A stretch of DNA of 64,000 nucleotides from Victivallales bacterium (GTDB taxonomy: Bacteria; Verrucomicrobiota; Lentisphaeria; Victivallales; GWF2-50-93), in contig JBAQUG010000497.1 of NCBI GenBank assembly GCA_049297395.1, forward strand, positions 5,516 to 69,515, written 5' to 3'. This document shows positions 1 to 9,374 of the stretch, in pieces; position 1 is the first letter of the stretch, and each line of letters begins with the position of its first letter. A model generated the notes under the pieces. That model saw only the letters and a list, made by a program, of their open reading frames with translations. It searched no databases and was not told the DNA's origin. A program made the position numbers and the translations under genes.

Positions 1-2
1 CG

Positions 3-794
3 ATTGCAACTGAATATCGGGCTTTCCCTGCAGAACGCACGGCATTAAAGAGACTTATCGAGCATAGTGTCGACGGGCTTATCCTTGATATTTGCGACGA
101 GTCGATCAAGCGGGACGAGTTCTCCCGCCTCGCCAACTTCAATGGGCCTGTCATCCAGATTGAATACAGCAGGGCCAGTTTTTCAACTGACACTGTCTCC
201 ACCGACGACCTTGAGGGCGGGCGCCTGGCCGCGAAACACCTTCTTGAACTTGGACATCGCCGCATAGCCTTCTGCCGCTATGGTGAAGGGCGTTCCACAT
301 GCGATGGGCGCTTAGCCGGTTTCAAGAGCATGCTCGACGCCTATGGCGTCAAATTTGATCCGGCCTTGGAAGTCATGCTTCCCGCGCATGCTCCAAATCC
401 GCAGGGAATCTTCATTAAAAACCTGAAAAAAATCCTTTCCCTTCCCGGGGGGATCCGTCCGACCGCAATTTTCGCAACCATGGATCCACTTGTTCCGGAC
501 ATATATGAAGCGGCGGCGGAACTTGGATTGAAGATACCGCACGACCTGAGCGTAGTGGGATATTCCGATTTCGATATAGCCAGGTTTCTGGAACCGAAAC
601 TGACCTGCATCAGGCAGGATGGACTCGCTGTCGGTGCTGAGGCCGTCAGGCTTTTCTTCCAGCGCAGGGATAACCCTGAATCCCCATTGAAATCCTCCGT
701 GCTTCCAGTGGAACTGGTAGTCCGCCAGTCGACAGCTGTCGCTGCAAATTTTTCTTTAAAAAAGAAAAATAATAAAAGGATGGGATTGAAATGA
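3..794 (+). CDS. LacI-family transcriptional regulator, effector-binding (PBP type 1) portion; 5' end lies outside the window
   Basis: Frame +3 is open from base 3. Translation [33 protein letters not shown]...[20 protein letters not shown]...[13 protein letters not shown]...[54 protein letters not shown] shows typical LacI/GalR sugar-binding blocks. The stop overlaps the next start (ATGA at 791-794). Confidence 0.85.
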   Translation: MATEYRAFPAERTALKRLIEHSVDGLILDICDESIKRDEFSRLANFNGPVIQIEYSRASFSTDTVSTDDLEGGRLAAKHLLELGHRRIAFCRYGEGRSTCDGRLAGFKSMLDAYGVKFDPALEVMLPAHAPNPQGIFIKNLKKILSLPGGIRPTAIFATMDPLVPDIYEAAAELGLKIPHDLSVVGYSDFDIARFLEPKLTCIRQDGLAVGAEAVRLFFQRRDNPESPLKSSVLPVELVVRQSTAVAANFSLKKKNNKRMGLK

Positions 795-1552
795 ACAAAC
801 ATCAATGTGAACACAGACGGCAATTGAAAATTGGCAACACCTTTACCTTGATAGAATTACTCGTCGTAATCGCGATCATCTCCATTCTGGCATCATTGCT
901 CCTGCCGGCGCTCAGCAATGCAAGGGAGGCGGCCAGGGCCAGGCTCTGCATGTCCAACGAAAGACAGATCATGCAGGGATTGTATTTCTATGCGGACGAC
1001 TATAATGAGTTCATGCCGCCCTGCTACTCAGCCAGCTTCGGGGTGGCGGGTTGGCCATCCATAAGATTTTTTGACGGCTGGGTTGCCTGGGCAATGGTCT
1101 ACACAAAAGACTGCACCTTGGAAAATGCCGCCCGCTCGTATGGCTCCGGCGGTACAAAAGGAATATGGGACTGCCCGACAAATCCGTTGCCGTATTGTCA
1201 AAACGGCCTTGCAGGGAACTATGCATATAATCAGGATCTGGGGTATCCCGCTGGTTATGGAGCACCGCTGCGCTGGAAGAATCCTTCGGGTCTCGCAATG
1301 CTGGCCGATGGAGGAAATTATAATTTATACACACCTCCTGCGTATTCTAAAAACTACTGGGAGATAGGGGGCACATTCGCCAGGCAGTGCAACGTGGGGG
1401 TGCTATATGACAGATTCAGGGATGGCTGGCACAGCAGGGGGTACAACATAGGCTTCCTGGACATGCATGCAGAATGGGAGAAGCTCGCTGATAACAAGGA
1501 GATCCCTGGAAAGTATTTCCCTTCATGGCTCCATGACCATGGGCAGTGGTAG
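791..1552 (+). CDS. Prepilin-type N-terminal cleavage/methylation domain protein (DUF1559 / H-X9-DG pseudopilin-like), P1
   Basis: The N-terminus [46 protein letters not shown] is a class III signal/methylation motif. The C-terminal [17 protein letters not shown] resembles the H-X9-DG box (DM variant). An in-frame TTG at 824 would give a shorter [13 protein letters not shown] leader. The gene leads the + strand CAZyme operon. Confidence 0.85.
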   Translation: MNKHQCEHRRQLKIGNTFTLIELLVVIAIISILASLLLPALSNAREAARARLCMSNERQIMQGLYFYADDYNEFMPPCYSASFGVAGWPSIRFFDGWVAWAMVYTKDCTLENAARSYGSGGTKGIWDCPTNPLPYCQNGLAGNYAYNQDLGYPAGYGAPLRWKNPSGLAMLADGGNYNLYTPPAYSKNYWEIGGTFARQCNVGVLYDRFRDGWHSRGYNIGFLDMHAEWEKLADNKEIPGKYFPSWLHDHGQW

Positions 1553-1575
1553 TAAATATTCACTGAATATTTACT
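1551..1575. promoter_or_regulatory. Perfect 12+1+12 bp palindrome AGTAAATATTCA-C-TGAATATTTACT overlapping the P1 stop codon; operator or intercistronic hairpin candidate
   Basis: Read directly: 1551-1562 is the reverse complement of 1564-1575. No U-run follows, so it is not a classical terminator. It lies between P1 and A1. Confidence 0.35.
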
Positions 1576-1676
1576 TGTAATGCACATGAAATGCTCTGTA
1601 ATATAGCAATTAGATAACATGAGGTGCAATACGGACAATGAAAACATATGATTATTGCAAAACACAGGAGTGCACG

Positions 1677-4600
1677 ATGTTTAAAAAGATGAAATGGACT
1701 GCGTTGGCGGTGGGATTGACAGCGTCTCTTCTGGCTTCGGCAGCGTTCGCCGCGGAGCCTGTCCGCATAGAGAAAAAAGCGATCGAATTCAGTTCCACAA
1801 CGTTGGATGCAAAAGGGGTGGAAGATGTCAGGAAGATCAATATTTTAAGAGGAGGAGGCGAGGCGGAATACACGTTTGACATTCCCGAAACCGGCTGGTA
1901 TGAACTATATGTTACCGCGGCCCAATGGGCGACCGACCTGTTTCTGGACGGCAATTTTCTGATTTATACGCCTTTTGAGAGCGGTGTCTGGGAGAACAGC
2001 AAGGAGAAAGGCAATTTCAAGGTTCTGAATCTCCACCTGGCAAAAGGCGCACACGCCTTGAAGTTCTCAAGACCCTGGCATCCCGGACTTCCCTATATGA
2101 CTAAATTTTCCCTTGAATCCTCAAAGGATATAACCGGGATGGTTTCTCTTAACCTTAAAAAGGACTGCCTTGTTTTCAGGAAGGGAGAGGAATTTCCGGC
2201 AACACTCGTCTCCTCAAAATTAAACGAACAGTCAAATCTTGTCCTTACCGTCACGGATGTCGAAAAGAACAGGGAATTAGTAAAAAAAGAGTTGACGATA
2301 CCTGCTGGAAATGGAAATCATAAGGAGGATCTTGTTTTCCCGACAACGGACGAGGGCGTGTTCGATGTCAAAATAACGGATAAGGATGGAAGACCCTGCG
2401 ACAGGATTGTCCAGTACCTGGTTATTGACACTAAAAAAGATATTGCAGGGGTCAAGGAACTGAAAAAGGAGCTTGTCGGCACGATTGACGCCGGGAAGAA
2501 GGAGCCCGACTATTTTTCAGGGAAGACACGGGTGGTGGATGCGGGATTCGGTCCTTACAGGGAATCAGGAAATAAAGGCAGGGAATCGGGCGTTGAAGCT
2601 GCCGATTGGTTTGCCTATACCTTGAGCCTGCCCGCCATTCAGGAACCATACCTGCTTGAGATAGAGTATCCTGACAATGACAGGAGAACCTGTCCAATAG
2701 TTCTTTGCGAAAGATATGGCAATCCGGAGCCGGCGCTTGGATATTTTACAGGCGGTGTATATCCATTATCGGACAAAATGCTGATGCAGGAATTTTATTT
2801 CTTTCCGCGGGACAAGGATCCCCGGCTCTTATTTTACAACTGGGACAGCGGACAAAGGGCGGCGGTGAGCAAGATCAATATTTATCGTATAACCGAAGGC
2901 TTCCCTGTATTGGACACAAAGGTTTCCGAGCGCCTTTATGGAATCTATCAGGAGGAGCCGCTCCGCTATGTCAATTTCTATGGTGGAATGCCGGAAGGCG
3001 ACAAATGGGCGAATCTATGGAAGCCCGCGGAAAGAGTCGGGCAACTGTCAAATTATGCGGGTATAAACCTGTGGAATCCGACAATAGCTGTCTATGGGAA
3101 TATGCTCTGGCCGGGAAAGACAATACCAGGATACCAGATTGGCATTCTTCCGCCTGGTCCGGCCACGCTTAAAGAACCGATAAAAAAAGATGTGATGAGG
3201 CTGATGCTTTTAACCTGCGAAAAATATAAGATGAAGTTTGTAGGAGATCTGCATATACCGCCTACCAGTGTTTTAATGGAATATCTTGATAAAAGATTTG
3301 GCGGAAAAGGGACTCTGTCCGATGACGGGCCGCAAAAACCATGGCTGACTGTGTCAAACAAGGGGGAGGTTGGACTGAAAAGCACATACAAGCCCTACTA
3401 CAATCCTGTATATCCCGGAGTTCAGGAATGGGCATCGGATGTGTTCAGGGAGATTGTGGAAAGATATAAGGACTCTCCTGCGTTTGAAGGGATTTCAATG
3501 CGGTTTATGGGCTGGTGTTTTGGTGGATTCCAGACATTCGCCTCAATAAACTGGGGATATGAGGACTATACAATTGAATTGTTTGAAAAAGAGACCGGGA
3601 TAAAGATTCCTGTTGGCAAAGATGATCCGGAAAGATTCAAGAAGCGATATGAATACCTGATGGCAAAAAACTATGACGAATGGGTGAACTGGAGATGCAA
3701 AAAGATTAATGATTATCATAACAAGCTCGCGAAAATATTAACCGATGCAAGACCCGACATAAAATTCCATTTATTCCTGTGCGGCGCAAATTTTGGATGC
3801 GATGCGACGCAGGAAGACTATGAGATGAAAGGATGGACCGGCGTGTTAAAGGAGTCGGGAATTGACGCATCCTTATATTCCAAAAACCCTTCCATCAGAA
3901 TATATGAGGGCCGGGGTTATCCGGATGGCGGAAACCGTGGCGATGAAAAACCGCTGACTGTGGCGGAGTCAAGGGACCATACATATTCCTCGGAACAGAT
4001 AAAGGCGGTGGAAAAGGCTGTTGGGGATGGAACGGTTTCCGCCCTGTATTTTGGCACAAACCACGAGGGCGGGTATGTAAAATATGAAAAGCTCGGATAT
4101 TCGCAGAAAGAAGTCACATCAAATAGCAAGACAATATACCCTGACTCGACGGTGAATCCGGCCGGGATACACTATCTTGAAAGGTTTGCGAACGCGATGG
4201 CGGATGGAAATATCGTATGGCTCTCTGATGGGAGTCATGGATATGAATTGGGCCAGCCGATGTATTTGAGGAAGTTCCTGCCCGAATACAGGGCATTGCC
4301 TGCTATCGGAATGAAACCTTTGGAAAAAACAGATCCGGTCGCGCTGTGGCATGGAAAGGACAAGGGGAAGACGTATTTCTATATTGTCAACAGGACATAT
4401 TATCCCGTCGAGGCGGAAGTATCGTTTGCAGGAAACCCGCAGATTAAAAGGATGACGACGGATGAGAAGGTAAAAACTGAAAGGGATGCATTAAAAATAA
4501 AACTGGAGCCATACCAGATTATTTCCTATCAGGACGCTTCAGGCTCCACGCCAAAATCAATAAGCGTGAAGGTGCCTGAAAAAGAAAAGGGAATCCTGGA

Positions 4601-5810
4601 AAGACAGATTAAGGATGCGGAAAAGCTGATAAGGCAGGAGTCATCGGAAATAACGGTCCTGGCGCTGTCGCCTGTGGATCTGAAGAATGCTGAAAAGAAG
4701 ATAAATGAGGCGAAGGAACTGTTCAATGGAGGGAAATACTGGAAGACAAGACAGACTTTGCTGCATAAATATCTTATAAAGGCGTATGAGGCTCTGGGTT
4801 CGTATCCCGAAGGGCTCTTCTCCAGGAAGATGCCGGATATTCCCGGGAATGCGATGCTTCCTGAAAAGATCCTGGAAAATACGAAAGACAAGGCAAAGGC
4901 CAGAGCGGTGGATGCGGAGGAGATAACAAAAGCGCTGTCGGGAACAAAGGTGTTCATATGCGAGGATGAAACAAAATTCAGCATTGATGTCCCGTACAGG
5001 AATAAATACCGGATCTGGTATTCGGCCATTATAGACGAGTCGTTCCAGAGACCGGCTATCTTGATCGACGGGAAACCAATAGAAGAGATGGGGATGACGA
5101 AAGAACTGCTTGCGGAAAGAATCATATCCAGGCCGCTTGTCCTTGAGAAAGGAAGGAAGGAGGTGACGATAAAGAAGGGCGATAGGAAGAGCTCCCTTTT
5201 TTATTTGTTTCTTGAGCCTGTGTACAGGGATATGGAGCCTGATTCCTTCATGGCGATAGGACCGTTTCCGGCGGTGGCGGACACAAGGAACGCTGAAGAA
5301 TTCACCAAAAGGATGGATGAAATTTCAGGGCCTGAAAAGGAGCTGGATTTCACAAAGGGATACGAGGGGCTGAATAATAAGACAGTAAACTGGAGGAAGC
5401 CGGTTGGTAAAGTTGACATGAAGGGCAATATGTGCGACCCGTCTGCGTCAAATTATGTGGATTTATATACGACATTTGGCGTGATGAGCAGCATGATAGG
5501 CTATGCGGCAACCTCAATTGAAAGCCCCGATGAAAGAGACGCGGAGATTAGTTTTGGCGTTGACTATTGGGCGAAGATGTGGCTGAACGGGGAACTGATA
5601 TTGAAACCCGGGGACAGGCCGCTCGCGCCGCCTAAAAAAGGAGAAATGAAAATACAGGTGAAATTAAAGAAGGGTGAAAACATTCTTCTACTGAAGATCC
5701 ACGCAGGCAGCGCCGGCAACGGCTTCTGGCTGGCGATCAGCGATCCGGGCGACCTGAAAATATCGCCCATGCCCCGACAGGGAATGGCTGCCGTCGGAGC
5801 AGGAGCTTGA
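1677..5810 (+). CDS. Giant secreted glycoside-hydrolase-like protein, paralog A1 (jelly-roll / Ig-like / TIM-barrel-like core / beta-sandwich / helical linker / two jelly-rolls)
   Basis: The ORF is 1638-5810. AGGAG at 1666-1670 precedes ATG 1677, giving MFKKMKWTALAVGLTASLLASAAFAAEP (signal peptide). It is block-wise homologous to 16079-20272, 45911-50983 and 58171-62430, and more distantly to 24516-29294. Examples: FAYTLSLPAIQEPYLLEIEYPDNDRR, AAVSKINIYRI, NWGYEDYTIELFEKETGIKIPVGKDDPERFKKRYEYL, YFYIVNR. Confidence 0.85.
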   Translation: MFKKMKWTALAVGLTASLLASAAFAAEPVRIEKKAIEFSSTTLDAKGVEDVRKINILRGGGEAEYTFDIPETGWYELYVTAAQWATDLFLDGNFLIYTPFESGVWENSKEKGNFKVLNLHLAKGAHALKFSRPWHPGLPYMTKFSLESSKDITGMVSLNLKKDCLVFRKGEEFPATLVSSKLNEQSNLVLTVTDVEKNRELVKKELTIPAGNGNHKEDLVFPTTDEGVFDVKITDKDGRPCDRIVQYLVIDTKKDIAGVKELKKELVGTIDAGKKEPDYFSGKTRVVDAGFGPYRESGNKGRESGVEAADWFAYTLSLPAIQEPYLLEIEYPDNDRRTCPIVLCERYGNPEPALGYFTGGVYPLSDKMLMQEFYFFPRDKDPRLLFYNWDSGQRAAVSKINIYRITEGFPVLDTKVSERLYGIYQEEPLRYVNFYGGMPEGDKWANLWKPAERVGQLSNYAGINLWNPTIAVYGNMLWPGKTIPGYQIGILPPGPATLKEPIKKDVMRLMLLTCEKYKMKFVGDLHIPPTSVLMEYLDKRFGGKGTLSDDGPQKPWLTVSNKGEVGLKSTYKPYYNPVYPGVQEWASDVFREIVERYKDSPAFEGISMRFMGWCFGGFQTFASINWGYEDYTIELFEKETGIKIPVGKDDPERFKKRYEYLMAKNYDEWVNWRCKKINDYHNKLAKILTDARPDIKFHLFLCGANFGCDATQEDYEMKGWTGVLKESGIDASLYSKNPSIRIYEGRGYPDGGNRGDEKPLTVAESRDHTYSSEQIKAVEKAVGDGTVSALYFGTNHEGGYVKYEKLGYSQKEVTSNSKTIYPDSTVNPAGIHYLERFANAMADGNIVWLSDGSHGYELGQPMYLRKFLPEYRALPAIGMKPLEKTDPVALWHGKDKGKTYFYIVNRTYYPVEAEVSFAGNPQIKRMTTDEKVKTERDALKIKLEPYQIISYQDASGSTPKSISVKVPEKEKGILERQIKDAEKLIRQESSEITVLALSPVDLKNAEKKINEAKELFNGGKYWKTRQTLLHKYLIKAYEALGSYPEGLFSRKMPDIPGNAMLPEKILENTKDKAKARAVDAEEITKALSGTKVFICEDETKFSIDVPYRNKYRIWYSAIIDESFQRPAILIDGKPIEEMGMTKELLAERIISRPLVLEKGRKEVTIKKGDRKSSLFYLFLEPVYRDMEPDSFMAIGPFPAVADTRNAEEFTKRMDEISGPEKELDFTKGYEGLNNKTVNWRKPVGKVDMKGNMCDPSASNYVDLYTTFGVMSSMIGYAATSIESPDERDAEISFGVDYWAKMWLNGELILKPGDRPLAPPKKGEMKIQVKLKKGENILLLKIHAGSAGNGFWLAISDPGDLKISPMPRQGMAAVGAGA
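5250..5807 (+). other. Shared C-terminal jelly-roll module, copy in A1
   Basis: MAIGPFPAV...GPEKELDFTKGYEGLNNKTVNWRK...SPDERDAEISFGVDYWAKMWLNGE...LKKGENILLLKIHAGSAGNGFWLAISDPGD. The pattern (V.LNG...KG.N.L.V) resembles galactose-binding-domain-like / GH2 sugar-binding jelly-rolls. Confidence 0.7.
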
Positions 5811-5813
5811 ACC

Positions 5814-7484
5814 ATGAACCGAACGGGTTTAATAATTCTCGTTTTTGCCTGTCTCACAGGCCTTTGCGCCATTGCCGATGACATCCCCCGCCTGGAGTTC
5901 CAGAAGATCATCGGCGACATGCGGGGCAGGGGCATGCAGAACTTGTCGGTGACGGTCGCCGATGATGGTGCGGCCTATCTCCTCATGAGTGAAGGGCGCA
6001 TCGCCGTCTTCAATCCAGACGGGAAATATGCAAGAAGCCTGGATGTCCGGCTGACCTGGCCATTCAATCATCAATACATAAGCGCGTGGGGAAGGCGGGT
6101 ACTGCTTGGAGATTACAAGAAGGACTATCCATGGGTGTTCTCGGAACGTCGCGCCGGAGACGCACCTGGACGCTTCAGGAATCCATCCATGGCGGCGCCG
6201 GACAAGGATGGCGCACTCTACGTGGCCGACACGGGCAACAGCCGCGTCCAAGTCTTCGATGCCGGGAAGGAAAACTCTCCAGGGCACGTCATCAGCCTGA
6301 ACGCCAAGCCGTTGAGGCTCGATGTCAGGAACGGAACACTGGCGCTGCTTCTCGACGATCAGACTCTGCGCGTGCTTGATCTCAAAAACAGCCCGGACAT
6401 GGAACTGGGATGCGTGAAAACAGGTCCCGGTGCAGTGGCCGTCGCTCTCACCCCCGACCATGCGGTACTCGTTGCGTTCAACACCGGCCCCGACAGGAAT
6501 TTCCTGAAGAAATATCAAATCGACAAGGAGAGCGGCAAGCTTAAAGAATCCTCGACGATCGCCCCGTCCTATATCGATCAATGGCCGAACCTCTACCCGG
6601 TCGGGATGCCGATGACATCGGCTCCGGACGGATCCATATGGTTCGCTACATCGTATTTCGGACGCATCCTCGCCCTGGATCCCGTCACCGACAAGATCAC
6701 GGAGAAGATCAGGTCCCTGGGGAGCTATCCCCTCTGCGTGGGTTTCGGCTCCGATGGGAAACTCTTCGTGGGCGGCAGCGCCAAGTCCAAGTCAGGAGGC
6801 AGGAGAATCCAGACCATGCCGTTGGACGATCCCGCGTCCCCGGCCACCGAGTTCCCCAATGACAAAGACCTCTACAACGAGGATGGTGTCCCAGTCTGGT
6901 CGATCCTGCCGGACAAGGACGGCGGCGTCTTCGTCAGGATCATCGAGGAAGGATATCAAAAAGGCTGGCCCGCCATGACGATCAAGAAAGTCCTTGCCGA
7001 CGGAACCATGAAGCCTTTCGTGGATTTCGGACATCTGTACGCGAAACGGACGACCTTCCACCCGGCGGGAACCGTGTACTCGATGCAGTTCGACAGGAAT
7101 GGGGATATAATCCTGGCGGCATTGCCTCTGGTGGCCGTCTACAGGATCGCTCCTGACGGGAAAATAGTATGGGAAGCAGGGCTGGAGCCGCAGGGAGGGG
7201 CCGACAAAATTGAATTCGGAGCGCCACGCGCAACGGCCATCGACAGCCACGGCCGCATCTGGGTGGCCGACACTGCCAAGAACAAAGTCTTCTGCCTCTC
7301 CCCTCGGGGCAAACTGCTTTTCGAGTACGGCACGCGCGTCAACGTGGACGACATAGAGGGGAAAGGCTTCGATAATCCCAGCGCCGTCGCCATAGCCACT
7401 GTCAACGGGGCCGACTTCCTCTATGTCGGAGACTCGGGCAACCAGCGGATCGTGAAATACAGGATCATGGAAACGCAGAAGTAA
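5814..7484 (+). CDS. Secreted NHL-repeat beta-propeller protein
   Basis: Signal peptide MNRTGLIILVFACLTGLCAIADD. NHL-type repeats ALYVADTGNSRVQVFD, IWVADTAKNKVFCLSPRGK, LYVGDSGNQRIVKYRI. The ATG lies 3 nt after the A1 stop. It is homologous along its whole length to the C-terminal 603 aa of A3. Confidence 0.85.
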   Translation: MNRTGLIILVFACLTGLCAIADDIPRLEFQKIIGDMRGRGMQNLSVTVADDGAAYLLMSEGRIAVFNPDGKYARSLDVRLTWPFNHQYISAWGRRVLLGDYKKDYPWVFSERRAGDAPGRFRNPSMAAPDKDGALYVADTGNSRVQVFDAGKENSPGHVISLNAKPLRLDVRNGTLALLLDDQTLRVLDLKNSPDMELGCVKTGPGAVAVALTPDHAVLVAFNTGPDRNFLKKYQIDKESGKLKESSTIAPSYIDQWPNLYPVGMPMTSAPDGSIWFATSYFGRILALDPVTDKITEKIRSLGSYPLCVGFGSDGKLFVGGSAKSKSGGRRIQTMPLDDPASPATEFPNDKDLYNEDGVPVWSILPDKDGGVFVRIIEEGYQKGWPAMTIKKVLADGTMKPFVDFGHLYAKRTTFHPAGTVYSMQFDRNGDIILAALPLVAVYRIAPDGKIVWEAGLEPQGGADKIEFGAPRATAIDSHGRIWVADTAKNKVFCLSPRGKLLFEYGTRVNVDDIEGKGFDNPSAVAIATVNGADFLYVGDSGNQRIVKYRIMETQK

Positions 7485-7579
7485 CGCGTCTTTACAAAAA
7501 CGCGGGGTCAGTTCCGTACTTTTCCCTCGTGCCTCGGGAAGAAGTCCTGGGACCGACCCCAGTAAAACTGACGCGTTAC
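7481..7579. repeat. Structured intergenic repeat R1, copy 1 (nested hairpin of about 99 nt)
   Basis: The core aaaaacgcggggtcagttccgtacttttccctcgtgcctcgggaagaagtcctgggaccgaccccagtaaa is nearly identical to 24406-24474. The outer stem GTAACGCGTC (7481-7490) pairs with GACGCGTTAC (7570-7579). It overlaps the stop codon of the NHL gene. Confidence 0.7.
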
Positions 7580-7643
7580 AAGCAGAATGATTGAATGGGT
7601 TTTTTAAAAACGTTTTCTATAATTTTTCGAAAGGGTCTGAAAC

Positions 7644-9359
7644 ATGAAGGAAGGAACAAGTATGAATGTAAAAAGAAGACAGATTGCAGGATCCGGCGCC
7701 ATACTCCTGGGTTCGTGCCTCGCCTTGGGGCTGATCTCCCAGCCAGTTTGCCACGCCGAGTCCATGATCCTGCTCAAACCGACAGCGACGTGGAGTGTCA
7801 CGGGAAAAGACGATGTCCAGCAGCTGAAGCATCTGGCGTCCGGCATCGGATGGGAGTTTGAACCGAACGCGGACACGGCTGCCGGTCTCAAGAAGATTGG
7901 CGTCAAGACTATCCGCTGCATCAACGTGGATCCATTGCCGGGCAGCTTCAACAAGGAGGGGAAATTCGTCGTCGGCAAACCAGACCGTCTATTGTCCCAT
8001 CTGGCGACGTGCCGTGATGTCGGAGCCAATCCGCACATTATCATCGCCACGGGGATGCTGCCTGAATTACGCCTCGGCGTCGAGGACATCCCTGAATCAC
8101 AGCGCGGACTTTTCGGCAACCAGACCTCTAAGACTGTTTTCGGTCCGAAGGACTGGGGGAAGTTCCAGAAATATTGCATGTCTTATTTTGAATACATCCT
8201 CATCGACCAGAAATTTCCGGATGCCCGTTTCGAGGTGGCCAACGAGCCTGACATAGGAGGAGCCATCCACCCTTTCCCGCCCAAGCCGGCAATGGGTTCA
8301 CGAGCGTTGTACGAGGGCTACTTCAATCTCTATAAGAACGTCTCCCTCGCTGCTACGCAGTTTGAGAAGGATCATCCCGGAATACACGTGACGCTGGGCG
8401 GACCGGCAATAGCCTGGGCGTTCACATTCAAGTTCGGCGACTTCAACTGGGCGGAGCGTTTTCTGCGGGATTGCGGCGAACAAAAACTGAAGCTCGATTT
8501 CCTAGGAGTGCATTATTACGGCAATATCAGTTCATTGGATGGCGAGTATTCCGCCAGCTATCCCCCTTTCACCGGAATGTTGAAAACCACAAAGACGGCA
8601 CGCGACCGGTACTGTCCCGGACTGCCAATCTGGATTACCGAATGGGGCGCCAGCTACCATACCAACAACTCCCCTGCTTCCGTAATCAGCGGCAATCACA
8701 TAGGAGCCGCATGGTCGGCGGCATACCTGGACACCATGCTCCAAAGCGGCGTGGACGGAGCCCTGTATCTCGTCACAACCGACCTGCGCCAGCAAAACAA
8801 GGAAGGGAAATTTGAAAACGTGTGGGGATGGCCGAGCCTGTTTGTGAATCCTGCGGTTTTCGGCAAGCCATACCCAAAAGCGCCGTACCATGTTTTTGAA
8901 ATGGCTTCCCGCCTGGAAGGCACGCGCGTGGAAGCCACACGCGGAAGTGAGACCGTCAACTGTTTTGCCTCAGCAGATAAGGAAAAGAAGCGCGTCACTG
9001 TCATGGTCTGGAATTACGGGTGCAGGCTCCCCGAAGGCGGCCCGGCGGTCGAAAACGCCACCCGCGAAGCGGTGATCCTGCGCATACGCGACGCCGATAC
9101 CTTCTTCGGGACTGGAGCGGTCCATATGAAGCGATGGCTCGTGAGCGAGACCGTAAGCAACGCTTTCTATCTATTCCAGAAGGAAGGCAAAGTTGACTCA
9201 CGCGCCGAACTGCAGCAGGTGGATGAAGGAACATTTTCAGTCGTTGACGGCATGGCAGATATCGGTTTTTCCGCGCCGCCGTCAAGCGTCTCCTTCATTG
9301 AAATCTACGCTCAGCCTGAGACAGTTCAGAAAGAGGAAGACAAAGGAAAGACCCCTTAG
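7644..9359 (+). CDS. Secreted clan GH-A glycoside hydrolase, GH39-like
   Basis: FEVANEPDIGG is an NEP acid/base-type motif and LPIWITEWGASYH is a TEW nucleophile-type motif. Also LDFLGVHYYG. Signal peptide MNVKRRQIAGSGAILLGSCLALGLISQPVCHAES. The alternative ATG at 7662 has the better Shine-Dalgarno sequence (aaggaaggaa). Confidence 0.65.
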   Translation: MKEGTSMNVKRRQIAGSGAILLGSCLALGLISQPVCHAESMILLKPTATWSVTGKDDVQQLKHLASGIGWEFEPNADTAAGLKKIGVKTIRCINVDPLPGSFNKEGKFVVGKPDRLLSHLATCRDVGANPHIIIATGMLPELRLGVEDIPESQRGLFGNQTSKTVFGPKDWGKFQKYCMSYFEYILIDQKFPDARFEVANEPDIGGAIHPFPPKPAMGSRALYEGYFNLYKNVSLAATQFEKDHPGIHVTLGGPAIAWAFTFKFGDFNWAERFLRDCGEQKLKLDFLGVHYYGNISSLDGEYSASYPPFTGMLKTTKTARDRYCPGLPIWITEWGASYHTNNSPASVISGNHIGAAWSAAYLDTMLQSGVDGALYLVTTDLRQQNKEGKFENVWGWPSLFVNPAVFGKPYPKAPYHVFEMASRLEGTRVEATRGSETVNCFASADKEKKRVTVMVWNYGCRLPEGGPAVENATREAVILRIRDADTFFGTGAVHMKRWLVSETVSNAFYLFQKEGKVDSRAELQQVDEGTFSVVDGMADIGFSAPPSSVSFIEIYAQPETVQKEEDKGKTP

Positions 9360-9374
9360 AAGAATATTTCAGGG

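Noticed and set aside
5829-6581. Long antisense ORFs opposite real genes. Examples: 5829-6581(-) 250 aa, 9560-10294(-) 244 aa, 12675-13514(+) 279 aa, 21583-22260(+) 225 aa, 24510-25160(+) 216 aa, 30712-31848(+) 378 aa, 34232-35017(+) 261 aa, 53587-54501(+) 304 aa.
   Set aside because: They lie entirely inside genes with clear family motifs on the other strand. They have Arg/Pro/Gly/Ser-rich low-complexity compositions and no Shine-Dalgarno sequence. They cluster in the GC-rich genes, which is typical of shadow ORFs.
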